Positions 1-9,468 of a DNA stretch of 64,000 nt are shown here, in pieces. The notes beneath the pieces were generated by a model. The model made no database searches and was not told the DNA's origin. It saw only the letters and a list, made by a program, of their open reading frames with translations. This DNA comes from a virus. The position numbers and the translations under genes are program-made. How positions within the stretch are numbered: position 1 is the first letter of the stretch; every line of letters starts with the position of its first letter. The DNA lies in the IMG/VR virus record IMGVR_UViG_3300037461_000726, positions 2,973 through 66,972 of that record, one strand, 5' to 3'.

Positions 1-264
1 CATAGCCACAGAACATAACGCATGGTATAAATGTGGCATACCGCTCTCATCATAAATTTCTCCCCCCCAATAGCTCCACAAATGCCGTTGAGCTGCAGCC
101 CATAGCCGAGAAAAATGAATCCCCTTTTCGAAGTTCCGGGCTTCATATTTTATTGCTCCGTATTCAAGAACCTTAGCAAGCGCAACTATTACTTCCGGGG
201 GAATGAGTTCAATTTTCAATTTACTTTTATCGTCTTTTACACCAACTGTTAATTTATTGGCCAT
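1..264 (-). CDS. dATP/dGTP diphosphohydrolase domain protein (DUF5664-like), runs off window edge; not in ORF track
   Basis: Hand translation from ATG at 264: MANKLTVGVKDDKSKLKIELIPPEVIVALAKVLEYGAIKYEARNFEKGIHFSRLWAAAQRHLWSYWGGEIYDESGMPHLYHALCSVAM; GxKY-RN-EKG-SR-RHL-ESG-PHL-HA pattern. Confidence 0.85.
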   Translation of the reverse strand, partial: MANKLTVGVKDDKSKLKIELIPPEVIVALAKVLEYGAIKYEARNFEKGIHFSRLWAAAQRHLWSYWGGEIYDESGMPHLYHALCSVAM

Positions 265-970
265 TTATTTTCGCTCCCTTACTAAAATTTTCTAAACACC
301 ACATGGGTTGTAAATTTTTCAAAGCCCAACACTTCTTAAAATCAGGATGTTCAAAATTGTCATAATGAAATGAAATAATTGGTTTTTTGTGATCAATACA
401 CCACTTATCTTTTCCGTAACCATAATTTTCCCAATTCATTCCTTCTGTAAATAAAGATTCCAAATGTTTCTTCAATTCTTCAACTTTATATCCTACCAAA
501 GTTTCCCAATGACAGCCGTTTTTAAAGGAGCCTGCTTGTTTTAGTGATTTACAAACAGTGGTGGATATACTATGATTAAGTTTCCCTTTAGGAGTAGAAC
601 GTTTCTTTTCCCGTGACCTTCTCATCGATTCTTTTCCGATATAGGACTGTCGATATTGTCTTGCTGATTCGACTCTTTCTTCTTTATGTTTTTCACGATT
701 TCGTTTTTGCTGTATGGCTCTTTTTTGAGGGTTTTCTTTTCGCCATCGTTTTTGTTTTATGGCCACTTTTTCCGGATTACTTTTGTGCCATTGTTTTTTC
801 CTTATTGCTTCTTTTTCCTTGTTATTTTCGCGATATTCTTTAATACATTCTTTACACCAAAACTGCAAACCGTCTTTACAGCTTTTATTTTTAGAAAATT
901 TGACCACTAGCTTTCTTTTCTTACATTTAGTGCATATTTTAGAACCCATATCCGTTTTCTTCATCGCCAT
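254..970 (-). CDS. HNH homing endonuclease with N-terminal Zn finger
   Basis: CTKC...WCKEC N-terminus; WENYG..WCIDHKKP...NLQPMWCLENFSKG HNH core. Confidence 0.8.
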   Translation of the reverse strand: MAMKKTDMGSKICTKCKKRKLVVKFSKNKSCKDGLQFWCKECIKEYRENNKEKEAIRKKQWHKSNPEKVAIKQKRWRKENPQKRAIQQKRNREKHKEERVESARQYRQSYIGKESMRRSREKKRSTPKGKLNHSISTTVCKSLKQAGSFKNGCHWETLVGYKVEELKKHLESLFTEGMNWENYGYGKDKWCIDHKKPIISFHYDNFEHPDFKKCWALKNLQPMWCLENFSKGAKINGQ

Positions 971-2765
971 TACCCATTGCCATCTTTCCTATGTTAGTTA
1001 AAAATAACTTACCCTTCGATTCACCAATCCAACCCTTACTGACCGCATCTCTTTTATACTTGGCTATTGCAGATTTACTTGTTCCTAACAAATCTCTTAT
1101 CTCATCAGCCGTTTTCCCGTCCAAGAATAGCTGTAAAACTTCATTACGTTTTGAAATTCCGGGAGAACTGAATGCCCAAATCAGACTGTCAGACCCCGGT
1201 TCAGCCGGTATCAATCGCGCATTCGTTGCCGCTACAGCAGACCCGGCAATGTGTCTTGATTTTTCAAAAATGATATTAACATCTATCCCAACCGTTGCAT
1301 CTTCCGATGTTTTTCGTAAAGTAATTACAGTATCCAACATGTCTTCTCTTGCACTGGTCCCGCGCTGTGTTCCCGATTTCCCCGCATGATGGACCAAGAT
1401 TACTGCACATCCCGTTTGTTTAAGCTTGTTTACCCATACGGCGATATTATCCCATGAAGTTGATTCATTTTCCTCAATTCCGGGTGTAAGCGCCGAAATG
1501 TTATCAAGTAACAATAATTTGATGTCTTTATCCTTAACCTCATTAAAAATGAAGTCTTGCCAGTATGGTTTAGCAATGTTTATAGACAGTCCACCATTCT
1601 GCAGATTAATGCCTGACGATAAAATATACCAATTCTTCTCCTTTTTGGTATAATTAAATTGAAGATTGGCTATTCTTTTCTTCATGTCCTGCGGCAACAT
1701 TTCCCCGTCAACATACAGGGAATTGACGGCTTCCTGCAATTCCCAATCGCCAAAACCGGACCCATGAGTTACGGATAGCGACAATGACAAGGCAAAGAAC
1801 GTCTTACCGACACCACGCTTGGCATAAATCATATGAGTAGAACCAAACGTCAACCAAGGAGACATAATGGTTTTAATTTCCGGCATGTTCATGGTCTTAA
1901 AAGTATCGATTTCCACGACAAGACTGTTTGCAGTTATCGCACCTTCTTGGTGCATTAACGTTTTTTCAATGAGCAATTGACCGTATGTTTTGCCCTGACC
2001 AACTGACCTATCCCATTTCTCACGGAATGCTTTGGACAACCTAAACATCTGGTCAATTTTAACAGCATCATTTATCCAAAAAGCTAAAATATTGCATAGC
2101 GCCATGTCAGCTTCTGAATGAGATTCGTATTCCTGAGCCCAATTTCCGTCCCATAGTATTTTAAACTTGGCCCCGTTCGCCGATGCTTCAATCCGCTCAA
2201 TCAATTCCTTTATTTCACTGTTACTGAGTAATTCCTTACCGACTGGCTTATTGTCATTTTCAACCTGACCGTCACCGTTCTTAGATATCTTTTGCAAGAG
2301 ACTGTTTACGTTTATCGTATTTACTTTATCGTTACCGGTGATACCGAACCCGCTCATAGTAAAATATCGCCCCTCACTATAAGCTTCTACGCCGCCCTTC
2401 TTGTGTAATATCTTTTTCTTATCAGAATTTTTTACAATTATGTGTATCCCGGACCCGGACAACGACTTTTCGGTGTAACTATTACAGCTATCAATAATCT
2501 TTTGCGCTTTTTCGCTTATCTTACCGTTCTCTACACAATGGTCAATGTCGATGCCGCAATACCCATCATTTGCAGTGAACACAAAACCAAGTCCATCAAA
2601 TTCATGCTTCTTTAACGCTTCACAGGCCTGTTCAAATGTAGTTCCCCATTTAGTTTGGTCCCCGGCCAGATTTCTCCCTGACTTAGGGTTTTTGGGAACC
2701 TTGGCCTTATGACAAATCCATCGCGGAATGTCCTTTATCTCTTGTGGTATGTTATTTTTAATCAT
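939..2765 (-). CDS. Primase-polymerase (AEP, NrS-1-like) fused to RecA-like/AAA helicase
   Basis: GIDIDHC, YTEKSLSGSGIHII AEP motifs; SEADMALCNILAFW helical bundle; Walker A YAKRGVGKT; LLLLDNI; VILVHHAGK. Confidence 0.85.
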   Translation of the reverse strand: MIKNNIPQEIKDIPRWICHKAKVPKNPKSGRNLAGDQTKWGTTFEQACEALKKHEFDGLGFVFTANDGYCGIDIDHCVENGKISEKAQKIIDSCNSYTEKSLSGSGIHIIVKNSDKKKILHKKGGVEAYSEGRYFTMSGFGITGNDKVNTINVNSLLQKISKNGDGQVENDNKPVGKELLSNSEIKELIERIEASANGAKFKILWDGNWAQEYESHSEADMALCNILAFWINDAVKIDQMFRLSKAFREKWDRSVGQGKTYGQLLIEKTLMHQEGAITANSLVVEIDTFKTMNMPEIKTIMSPWLTFGSTHMIYAKRGVGKTFFALSLSLSVTHGSGFGDWELQEAVNSLYVDGEMLPQDMKKRIANLQFNYTKKEKNWYILSSGINLQNGGLSINIAKPYWQDFIFNEVKDKDIKLLLLDNISALTPGIEENESTSWDNIAVWVNKLKQTGCAVILVHHAGKSGTQRGTSAREDMLDTVITLRKTSEDATVGIDVNIIFEKSRHIAGSAVAATNARLIPAEPGSDSLIWAFSSPGISKRNEVLQLFLDGKTADEIRDLLGTSKSAIAKYKRDAVSKGWIGESKGKLFLTNIGKMAMGNGDEENGYGF

Positions 2766-2782
2766 ATTTTATATGACCTTAT

Positions 2783-3262
2783 TTAATCGTGACTTTTACC
2801 AGCTTCAATTATATTGCTTACCGTTTCTGAAATGCGGTCAACGGAAATGCCGCCCATTTCCGCAACTTCCTTTTCCAGAAAGATAATCTTAGACTCCAAA
2901 AACCTTCTTACTCTTCCGGGATTTATGCCATAACGGGCCAACCAAATCGCAGCCTCTATTGTATCAGCTAAACGCAACACCGCCTTTTCCAATGACACTG
3001 ACGGGTCAAGGTCAAATTTTGAACTCTTATGGGAAGACGGGATGTCACCGGTTTCCCCTTCTTCCACGTCATGAAACAAAACATCGAGCACCATCTTTCC
3101 TTCGTCTATGGTACCAAGTTTTAATTTTTGTACTAATTGAAGGGCTAGTATCTGTGTGCGATAAACATGGTCACTTACGGTCTGTGGTCTTGACAAATCG
3201 ACAATTACCCAACGCGGGACGTAACTCAACTTCAACGCCTTTATCAATAACGCCTTATCCAT
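2783..3262 (-). CDS. datZ: HD-domain dATP triphosphohydrolase (DatZ-like)
   Basis: RWVIV..RPQTVSDH..R...LFHDVEEGETGDIPSSHK matches the DatZ/YfbR HD pattern; lies in the purZ cluster. Confidence 0.8.
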   Translation of the reverse strand: MDKALLIKALKLSYVPRWVIVDLSRPQTVSDHVYRTQILALQLVQKLKLGTIDEGKMVLDVLFHDVEEGETGDIPSSHKSSKFDLDPSVSLEKAVLRLADTIEAAIWLARYGINPGRVRRFLESKIIFLEKEVAEMGGISVDRISETVSNIIEAGKSHD

Positions 3263-3566
3263 GTTTTTGTCCTTTTCCGTTTTTAAATCTTATGTTTTCA
3301 CCAATCTTGGCGGTTTTGCTTTCAATGCGGTCTGCGAAACCTTTTTCCTTGTCCAAGCCGATTCTACACATTTCAAGCATGATGGTCAAATCTGCCATTT
3401 CCGTTATTACTTCGTCCACGGTTTTTCTTCCCCTTCGCAGGTGGGAAATTGCCTGTATCAATTCAGCCGCTTCTTCCTGTGTACAATCAAGGCAAAACTG
3501 AAGACCATCAGTCTTAATCGCCTCAAGTAGCATTTCCTTGTACTTGTCTGATTGGTGTTTTTCCAT
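3255..3566 (-). CDS. MazG-like nucleotide pyrophosphohydrolase (MazZ-like role inferred)
   Basis: EEAAELIQAISH..R...EMAD (ExxE...ExxD) MazG motif; between datZ and purZ. Confidence 0.7.
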   Translation of the reverse strand: MEKHQSDKYKEMLLEAIKTDGLQFCLDCTQEEAAELIQAISHLRRGRKTVDEVITEMADLTIMLEMCRIGLDKEKGFADRIESKTAKIGENIRFKNGKGQKHG

Positions 3567-3598
3567 GTTAAAACTCTCCTCTCCGTGACTAAATAATT

Positions 3599-3637
3599 AG
3601 TTTACCACGGCCATATTTTGACTGTCAAGATACAAAC
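3599..3637 (-). promoter_or_regulatory. sigma70-type promoter upstream of mazG-like/datZ/primase
   Basis: GTTTGTATC-TTGACA-N18-TAAACT, TG extended -10. Confidence 0.6.
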
Positions 3638-4753
3638 CTATTGGTCTTCGCCCAATTCCAGCACATCGCCGATTTTTGGCCCCTTACCGATGTACCTTAC
3701 GCGGGCAGACGGGAACGGGACTCCTTTCCAGTCTGTACTTTTCTTGATTGTAATTTCTATGTTATGTATTAGTTCAGAAGTTTTGGGGGTACCAAAACCA
3801 GAATTTTCTTCGAGATAATTGGTAAAGTTTAAAAATATCGCATCCGGGGCCAATAAGGTAATTACCTTTTCTAAATTCTTATTGCTCCAAGTGAACACAC
3901 GTCTTATCTTCTTGGTAACTGTGGTCCTTTCCAGTGGAACACCAAGCTCTTCCCACGTAACTTCGCGCTGGTCATCATACACAGGGCCGCTTGTTCCAAT
4001 CATGTTTCCATCCTTGTCGAAAGCATTACCAACGCGAATCGGATAGGTTCTCATGGAAACTATAACTTCCGGTTTCTTCATGCAAAAGGGTATGCCGCAA
4101 TCAGAAAGGACCTGATGAACATTGATGTCACGACTTGTACAATAAGGATACCACCCGCCACTGTTCGCGCCCAATTCGAGACCCTGTGCCGATTCAATCT
4201 GCAACAGATTACTGGCCATCAATAACTTTGTAAATTCCATTACCGGGATGATTTTTACATCTAACAATTTCAAATGTTCGTTTTCCTTTGCCGTTGCATT
4301 CGGTATTCTCATTATTTTATCGGTTTGCGCGGCTCCTACACCCTTGCAGGTGGATGAAATTCTGTTTAATTCCCCGGCTTCCCTGTCCTTGTGCTCCTGA
4401 CAAATGATAGATGCCGATTCATGGATGTATATCTGTTTTCCCTTTAAGAGGTCAGCGTACTTTTCCATTTCGATGGCCAATACTGTTGGGTCAACAATAG
4501 CCCCCGGCCCTATTAACACATTTTTAACCGATGGCGCAATTATGGCAGAAGGAAGTATTTGTACCATGACCACTCTGCCGTCATCAAGGACGGTTGTATG
4601 CCCAGCGTTGGCCCCAAAATTACAAACTGCAGCATCCGGTTCACGTTTCAGCGCCAAATACCCGGCAATCAATCCTTTTCCGGTGGAACCCCACTGGCCG
4701 TCAATAATCAAATAGCTTCTCTTTATCGGATTTCTAGTAAATTTGTTCCCCAT
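3638..4753 (-). CDS. purZ: PurZ, N6-succino-2-amino-dAMP synthase
   Basis: PurA fold with GQWGSTGKG (Ser where PurA has the catalytic Asp of GDEGKG), NAGHT, YPYCTSRD, TVTKKIRRV, LNFTNY. Confidence 0.92.
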   Translation of the reverse strand: MGNKFTRNPIKRSYLIIDGQWGSTGKGLIAGYLALKREPDAAVCNFGANAGHTTVLDDGRVVMVQILPSAIIAPSVKNVLIGPGAIVDPTVLAIEMEKYADLLKGKQIYIHESASIICQEHKDREAGELNRISSTCKGVGAAQTDKIMRIPNATAKENEHLKLLDVKIIPVMEFTKLLMASNLLQIESAQGLELGANSGGWYPYCTSRDINVHQVLSDCGIPFCMKKPEVIVSMRTYPIRVGNAFDKDGNMIGTSGPVYDDQREVTWEELGVPLERTTVTKKIRRVFTWSNKNLEKVITLLAPDAIFLNFTNYLEENSGFGTPKTSELIHNIEITIKKSTDWKGVPFPSARVRYIGKGPKIGDVLELGEDQ

Positions 4754-4776
4754 AATCTCTAATCTCCTTTTTATTT

Positions 4777-6564
4777 TTATTTACTTGCTTCCAACCAATC
4801 ATCACTTATGCCGATGTCTGAACGAATTGGCACTTTCAACTGTGTAATGTCCTCAACTATTTCCTTTATCTTGTTGGCCGTCTTTTTCACGTCTCCCCTA
4901 GCAAGGAAATTAAACTCATCATGTACAGCAAGAATAAGGCTATTGTCGCTATTTTTAAATTCATTATTTAATTCCACCAACTTCATTTTCATCAAATCAG
5001 CCGATGTTCCTTGAAAAACGAGCCCCGCCGCCTTGTACGCCTTGCTTCGGTCATGGAACCTTATCCTTCGCCCGGATAGCGTTTTTACAAACCCTCTTGT
5101 AGCAGCTATGTGTTCCGCTTCCTTTAACATTTTCTGTACCTTGGGCAGTTTACTATGGTATTTTTTAAACAGAGATTTACCGGCTTTACCGGCAACCAAG
5201 TACACCCGCCCATCTTCAACTTTCTGTGTGTATGGCAACCCGCATTTCTTGGCTACAAGACCCTGACCCATGCCAAAAACGAGCCCAAGATTCAGTTGCT
5301 TTGCAAACGGGTCTCTTTTTAGGCCGGTTAAATCGGCAACCAACTGGTGGTAATCGGCATCCGGGTTAAGTTTAAATTCATTAATCAGACTGGCATCATT
5401 AGAGTAATTGGCAAACACTCTAAACTCGAATTGTCTCCAATCGGCGCTTATCCATTTTTCACCTTTTGGCGCGGTAAACACTGCGCGGACCTCTGCAGCC
5501 TTATCCCCGCTTCTTTTCGGGTTAGGTATCTGTTGCATGTTGGGATTGCTGGCCGACAACCGGCCAGTGATAACTCCATACTCGTCATTTTTCGTCTGAT
5601 TAAAGTCACAACGGATTCGGCCATCGTCATGCATGTGGTCCTGGAACCGCGAAAGAAACGTGTCAATCATTGTTCCATAGCTTCTCTGTTCCAATATTGA
5701 CTTTGAAAGCTCGTCATCCATAAGGCCAAGAGTTTCCTTGTCAAATATCGGATTGCCGGTCTCCTCATTGTATTTGATTTCAACACCTAACGTCTTAAAC
5801 GCCTTTTCCAGTTGTTTTCCTGACCTTACATTTATGTCGAACCCGGCAAGGTCATGCACCCTTTTCCCTATCTCAGTCTTCATAGCGGAAAATCTTACTA
5901 ACGACTCTTCAACCTTGCGAATGCTTATCGGCACCCCGCGCCTCTCCATGTCCAAGAGAGCCAATAATACTCTCATTTCCAGTTTGGACACCTGCTCCAG
6001 TTCTTGATTTGTTATATCAGGTTTCTGAGCCTCATACAACATGCCGGTCATTTCCGTGTCACCAACGGCATAATAGGCAACCATCTCAATCGGCGCTTTA
6101 ATTATGTTTTTCATTTGGTATTTACGCTCAGGTTTACCGCCACAATGGTCGGCCAGCCATTGTAAAAGTTCAATGTCCTTTTTCCGCATGCCAAATCTCT
6201 TTTGACAGATGGCATCCAGAGCATAACTGTGATGTTGGTCATTGATAAGGGTCTCATTTACCATGGTGCACCAAATTTTTGACCTATCAATTACTGACTC
6301 ATCCACCCCCGCATTGATTAACATGTGCAAGTCATACTTGGCATGATGGAACACACAATGCTCAGCTTCGGGCATGTTCGTGTTTAGCCATTTAATTGTA
6401 TTCTTATCGGACCTCAAGGCCCATGATTCATTCCCTATGGTTATTGGAATTAAGAACGGTTTATCGTTTATCTTGTTTAATCCGGTGGTTTCCGTGTCGA
6501 TGATTAAAGGACGGCCAGCTAATCGTGGAAGGTCTGAAACTTTATTAATAGGTAATAGATTCAT
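4777..6564 (-). CDS. Family A DNA polymerase with 3'-5' exonuclease (DpoZ candidate)
   Basis: ExoI IIDTETTGL, ExoII HAKYDL, ExoIII YAVGD; motif A SADWRQFEFR, motif B AKQLNLGLVFG, motif C VHDEF; adjacent to purZ. Confidence 0.92.
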   Translation of the reverse strand: MNLLPINKVSDLPRLAGRPLIIDTETTGLNKINDKPFLIPITIGNESWALRSDKNTIKWLNTNMPEAEHCVFHHAKYDLHMLINAGVDESVIDRSKIWCTMVNETLINDQHHSYALDAICQKRFGMRKKDIELLQWLADHCGGKPERKYQMKNIIKAPIEMVAYYAVGDTEMTGMLYEAQKPDITNQELEQVSKLEMRVLLALLDMERRGVPISIRKVEESLVRFSAMKTEIGKRVHDLAGFDINVRSGKQLEKAFKTLGVEIKYNEETGNPIFDKETLGLMDDELSKSILEQRSYGTMIDTFLSRFQDHMHDDGRIRCDFNQTKNDEYGVITGRLSASNPNMQQIPNPKRSGDKAAEVRAVFTAPKGEKWISADWRQFEFRVFANYSNDASLINEFKLNPDADYHQLVADLTGLKRDPFAKQLNLGLVFGMGQGLVAKKCGLPYTQKVEDGRVYLVAGKAGKSLFKKYHSKLPKVQKMLKEAEHIAATRGFVKTLSGRRIRFHDRSKAYKAAGLVFQGTSADLMKMKLVELNNEFKNSDNSLILAVHDEFNFLARGDVKKTANKIKEIVEDITQLKVPIRSDIGISDDWLEASK

Positions 6565-6621
6565 TTATAATTCCTTTTTAACGATTGAAGGGGTCAGGAA
6601 AACCTGACCCCTTCAATAAAC

Positions 6622-7338
6622 TTAGAATGCTGATTCGTCAGACACCGGCAGGAATAGAGTTTCTTTTTCCTTTTTCATGCCCTCCAATTCTTTGTAGAGC
6701 TTCTCTTCCGTCCAACCCTCAGCCGCAACAGCAAAGTTGTAGAATTTCTGATTGGCCTTATTGGACTGTTTCTTACTGGTCAACCGGTAAGTTACACCAT
6801 GCATTGTCTTGTATGACAGGATGTTCTTTTGAAGTTCCCGCGCTGCTGCCATTTTCGTGGCCGTGTTGAACGAAACTACAAACGGATACATCAGGCCATT
6901 GTTTAACACATCCGGTGATAGGACCAGATAATCAATGGAGATATTCAATTCGTTTCCGGGGGTGAAACCGGCATCGGCTTCCTCTTTTGACTGATAAGTT
7001 GCTACAAAACCGCCGCCCTGTGCTCTGGGCACCCATTCTGTAAACACTTTGCGGACAACCAACGGGCAGAACCTTATACCTTCTTCGCCGTCAAAAAGGC
7101 TGACGGTTGATCCATCCGTTACAATAAACATACCCGCTGCAGCCTTCTTGACAAATTTTGTATCGTCTTCGTCAAGCTCTGGGGAAAGTTGCTGTAACAA
7201 TTTCAGATTGGGGAAAATTAAAGCCGATTCGGTATTGGGAACATTAACGTCTTGTTTCTTCACGTATGCCGGGGGCTTACTCATCGGGTCCGCTTTTTTT
7301 GCCACTTCTTTACTGGCTTTTGGTGTTTCTTTTTTCAT
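6622..7338 (-). CDS. Putative single-stranded DNA-binding protein
   Basis: FPNLKLLQQLSPE motif, acidic/aromatic C-terminus (SDESAF), next to the polymerase. Confidence 0.55.
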   Translation of the reverse strand: MKKETPKASKEVAKKADPMSKPPAYVKKQDVNVPNTESALIFPNLKLLQQLSPELDEDDTKFVKKAAAGMFIVTDGSTVSLFDGEEGIRFCPLVVRKVFTEWVPRAQGGGFVATYQSKEEADAGFTPGNELNISIDYLVLSPDVLNNGLMYPFVVSFNTATKMAAARELQKNILSYKTMHGVTYRLTSKKQSNKANQKFYNFAVAAEGWTEEKLYKELEGMKKEKETLFLPVSDESAF

Positions 7339-7356
7339 CTTCGTTCTCCTTAATTT

Positions 7357-7716
7357 TTATTCGTTATTGATTTTCGTCTCCGGTTTATCAACCGGGTTAC
7401 TACCATTTAACCGTACCCGAACAGGCACATACATGCTTGTCTGGCGGTTCCACTTGTAAAACAAAACACCATTTTCACCTCCTTTCTTTTTAGATAAAAT
7501 CGATGAAACAATGCTAATGTTAATAGGGTCACCACTTGGTACGATTGCATCATTTTCTACATCAAAATGGTCAAGCGCCGACCTTATTTTCTCAATATGT
7601 TCACTTGCATCACCAAATAAAGGATGGTCACGCTGGGCAATCGTTACGATGTTTTCACTTATCTTTAACAGATTGGTGAAGTCCTGCCCGGAGTCTTGAA
7701 CAATAAATATTACCAT
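7357..7716 (-). CDS. Hypothetical protein
   Basis: ORF with RBS in the operon orientation. Confidence 0.55.
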   Translation of the reverse strand: MVIFIVQDSGQDFTNLLKISENIVTIAQRDHPLFGDASEHIEKIRSALDHFDVENDAIVPSGDPINISIVSSILSKKKGGENGVLFYKWNRQTSMYVPVRVRLNGSNPVDKPETKINNE

Positions 7717-7839
7717 TTTAATTTTTTCCTTTCATTAATCCAAATTTCACTTTTAAAACATCTCCACTCTCAATTTTAGTTGGCGGGGGCTTCGTTCATC
7801 CCCCGCCGTTAATCGAAACAACCGCCACAACAAAATATC

Positions 7840-7877
7840 ATTATATCACATCCCAATTACCCTGTCAAGGTACAAAC
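7840..7877 (-). promoter_or_regulatory. sigma70-type promoter upstream of SSB/polymerase/purZ
   Basis: GTTTGTACC-TTGACA-N17-TATAAT, TG extended -10. Confidence 0.75.
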
Positions 7878-7894
7878 TTAAAATAACGTATATT

Positions 7895-8545
7895 TCAATT
7901 TGCATATTTTCCACTCATATTGGCCACGTCCCATTGTGCGCTACGCAACTTATGATAAAATTCTTCAAAATCTGATTCTAAACTGTCTATCTTAAAATGC
8001 ACCAGTTTATATAGCCCGGTGGGAAGTAGATGAATTATACACCTATTGTGTACCTCATTTTCCGGGTGATTTTCATTGTGCATAAAAACGTACGCGGCAA
8101 GCTGCAGTCTTGCATACGGCGCTATCTTACTGGTAGTTTTAATGTCGAGTACCGTCTTCTTTCCCTTGAGAATGGCCACTAAGTCCATGGTCCCGGCGTA
8201 TGAAAATTCCTTATGTAGCATTTTTTGCTCAGACATCAAAATATCGGGCTTATGGGCCTTTAAAAACTTAAGATAGCCCTTTATGTATGGCTCATCACTT
8301 TCTACATAACCCTTGCCCTGATAAATTTCCGAAGACGGTATCTTCTTTTTATTGTCTATGTAAAACTTATTAATTTTATCCGCATAATCATGCACCCGGT
8401 TCCCGCGAAAACCGGCATCAATAAAGAACTGCTTATAAAGCAGGTGTTCCGGTATATCGGGAAGAACCGTAGTTACAGATAAGACCCGCTTTCCGTTGTG
8501 CGTGTAAATGTGTTTTTCCTTATCAAATTCCAATTTCGGTGTCAT
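7895..8545 (-). CDS. PD-(D/E)XK (Cas4-like) exonuclease
   Basis: SVTTVL, GNRVH, SEQ, AGTMDLV, LDIKT, QLAAY. Confidence 0.85.
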   Translation of the reverse strand: MTPKLEFDKEKHIYTHNGKRVLSVTTVLPDIPEHLLYKQFFIDAGFRGNRVHDYADKINKFYIDNKKKIPSSEIYQGKGYVESDEPYIKGYLKFLKAHKPDILMSEQKMLHKEFSYAGTMDLVAILKGKKTVLDIKTTSKIAPYARLQLAAYVFMHNENHPENEVHNRCIIHLLPTGLYKLVHFKIDSLESDFEEFYHKLRSAQWDVANMSGKYAN

Positions 8546-8562
8546 AATTTCAACTATCCTTT

Positions 8563-8901
8563 TTAATAAACATCTCCAAACATCCAGTCATCACTATCAA
8601 TCAACTCCGGGTCGTCCAAATCTCCATATGGGTCATAACATCTTGATTTACTTTTCTTCACTTGGTCCCGGTGGAAAAGCGGCACTCCATTCTGTTTCTG
8701 GTAGGACCTTTCACCTTTCATCACCGAATAGCCGCGCTCCTTCCACTCGTCAAATGTCGCATATTCAGGCACCTTTCCCTTGTCCACCAACACGGAAACG
8801 TCATCATTATCAACGACTTTAGACAATTTGTCATCTTTTATAAATGACGGTCTCTTACTGGTCAGCATAACAATTATCCTTCTTTTAAAATAGTTCCCCA
8901 A
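8563..8901 (-). CDS. Small protein with ArdC-like N-terminal ssDNA-binding motif
   Basis: YATFDEWKERGYSVMKGERS resembles the ArdC TFxQW..G..VxKGE motif. Confidence 0.55.
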   Translation of the reverse strand: MGNYFKRRIIVMLTSKRPSFIKDDKLSKVVDNDDVSVLVDKGKVPEYATFDEWKERGYSVMKGERSYQKQNGVPLFHRDQVKKSKSRCYDPYGDLDDPELIDSDDWMFGDVY

Positions 8902-9071
8902 TCACGACATGCGTGATTATTAGGGTTAGTTCTACCGATAGTTTGTAACACCGGGTATTTATCCACTCCGTGAACAGGACAATGAAATTCGCTGCCTTTT
9001 TGTTTGTGGGTTTTTGGAGTGTAAATTACAACTTCTTCCATTTTTTTACCGCATTTACTACAATAAGCCAT
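8874..9071 (-). CDS. Zn-ribbon hypothetical protein
   Basis: CSKC...CPVH; translationally coupled. Confidence 0.5.
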   Translation of the reverse strand: MAYCSKCGKKMEEVVIYTPKTHKQKGSEFHCPVHGVDKYPVLQTIGRTNPNNHACRDWGTILKEG

Positions 9072-9468
9072 TTTTCTTTACCTTATCTAACATTTTATTT
9101 TCAAATGGTGTTATCCAAGGACACGTAACCGATTTGTAATCACAATCAGTACCGATAAAGGCTTGGCCCTTTCCCACTGTTATGGAATTGATGACTGCCA
9201 GTACCTTTCTGTTTTCCTTACTTATGGGTCTCAAGTTGTTACCCAATGTCACCGCTTCCAAAGCCCTTGTATAGGCCAAATCTCTCCCCTTCTTCTTGCA
9301 GGGAGTCTCCTTCAAGCTGCATATGGCCAACCCTCTCGCGACCAATTTTACTCCTTCAAGGTCAATCTCGTATAACAGACAAACAGTGATTCTTGGTACT
9401 TTATTTTCTCCCCTAAAATAGTAGTACAACGTGTTCATAGTTTTCTCCTTTTTGTTATATATTTTCAA
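9058..9468 (-). CDS. Hypothetical protein
   Basis: Coupled ORF; RGLAICS..ETPCKKKGR.LA..RA. Confidence 0.55.
   Translation of the reverse strand: MKIYNKKEKTMNTLYYYFRGENKVPRITVCLLYEIDLEGVKLVARGLAICSLKETPCKKKGRDLAYTRALEAVTLGNNLRPISKENRKVLAVINSITVGKGQAFIGTDCDYKSVTCPWITPFENKMLDKVKKNGLL

Noticed and set aside
3638-4753. Ordinary adenylosuccinate synthetase (PurA) as an auxiliary metabolic gene
   Set aside because: It has GSTGKG rather than GDEGKG, has LNFTN in place of the PurA TKLD-type motif, and sits among DatZ/MazG/PolA genes.
7782-7807. GGCGGGGG/CCCCCGCC hairpin as a terminator
   Set aside because: It has no U-tract on the coding strand and lies just downstream of a promoter; more likely a 5' leader stem, and I cannot assign a function.
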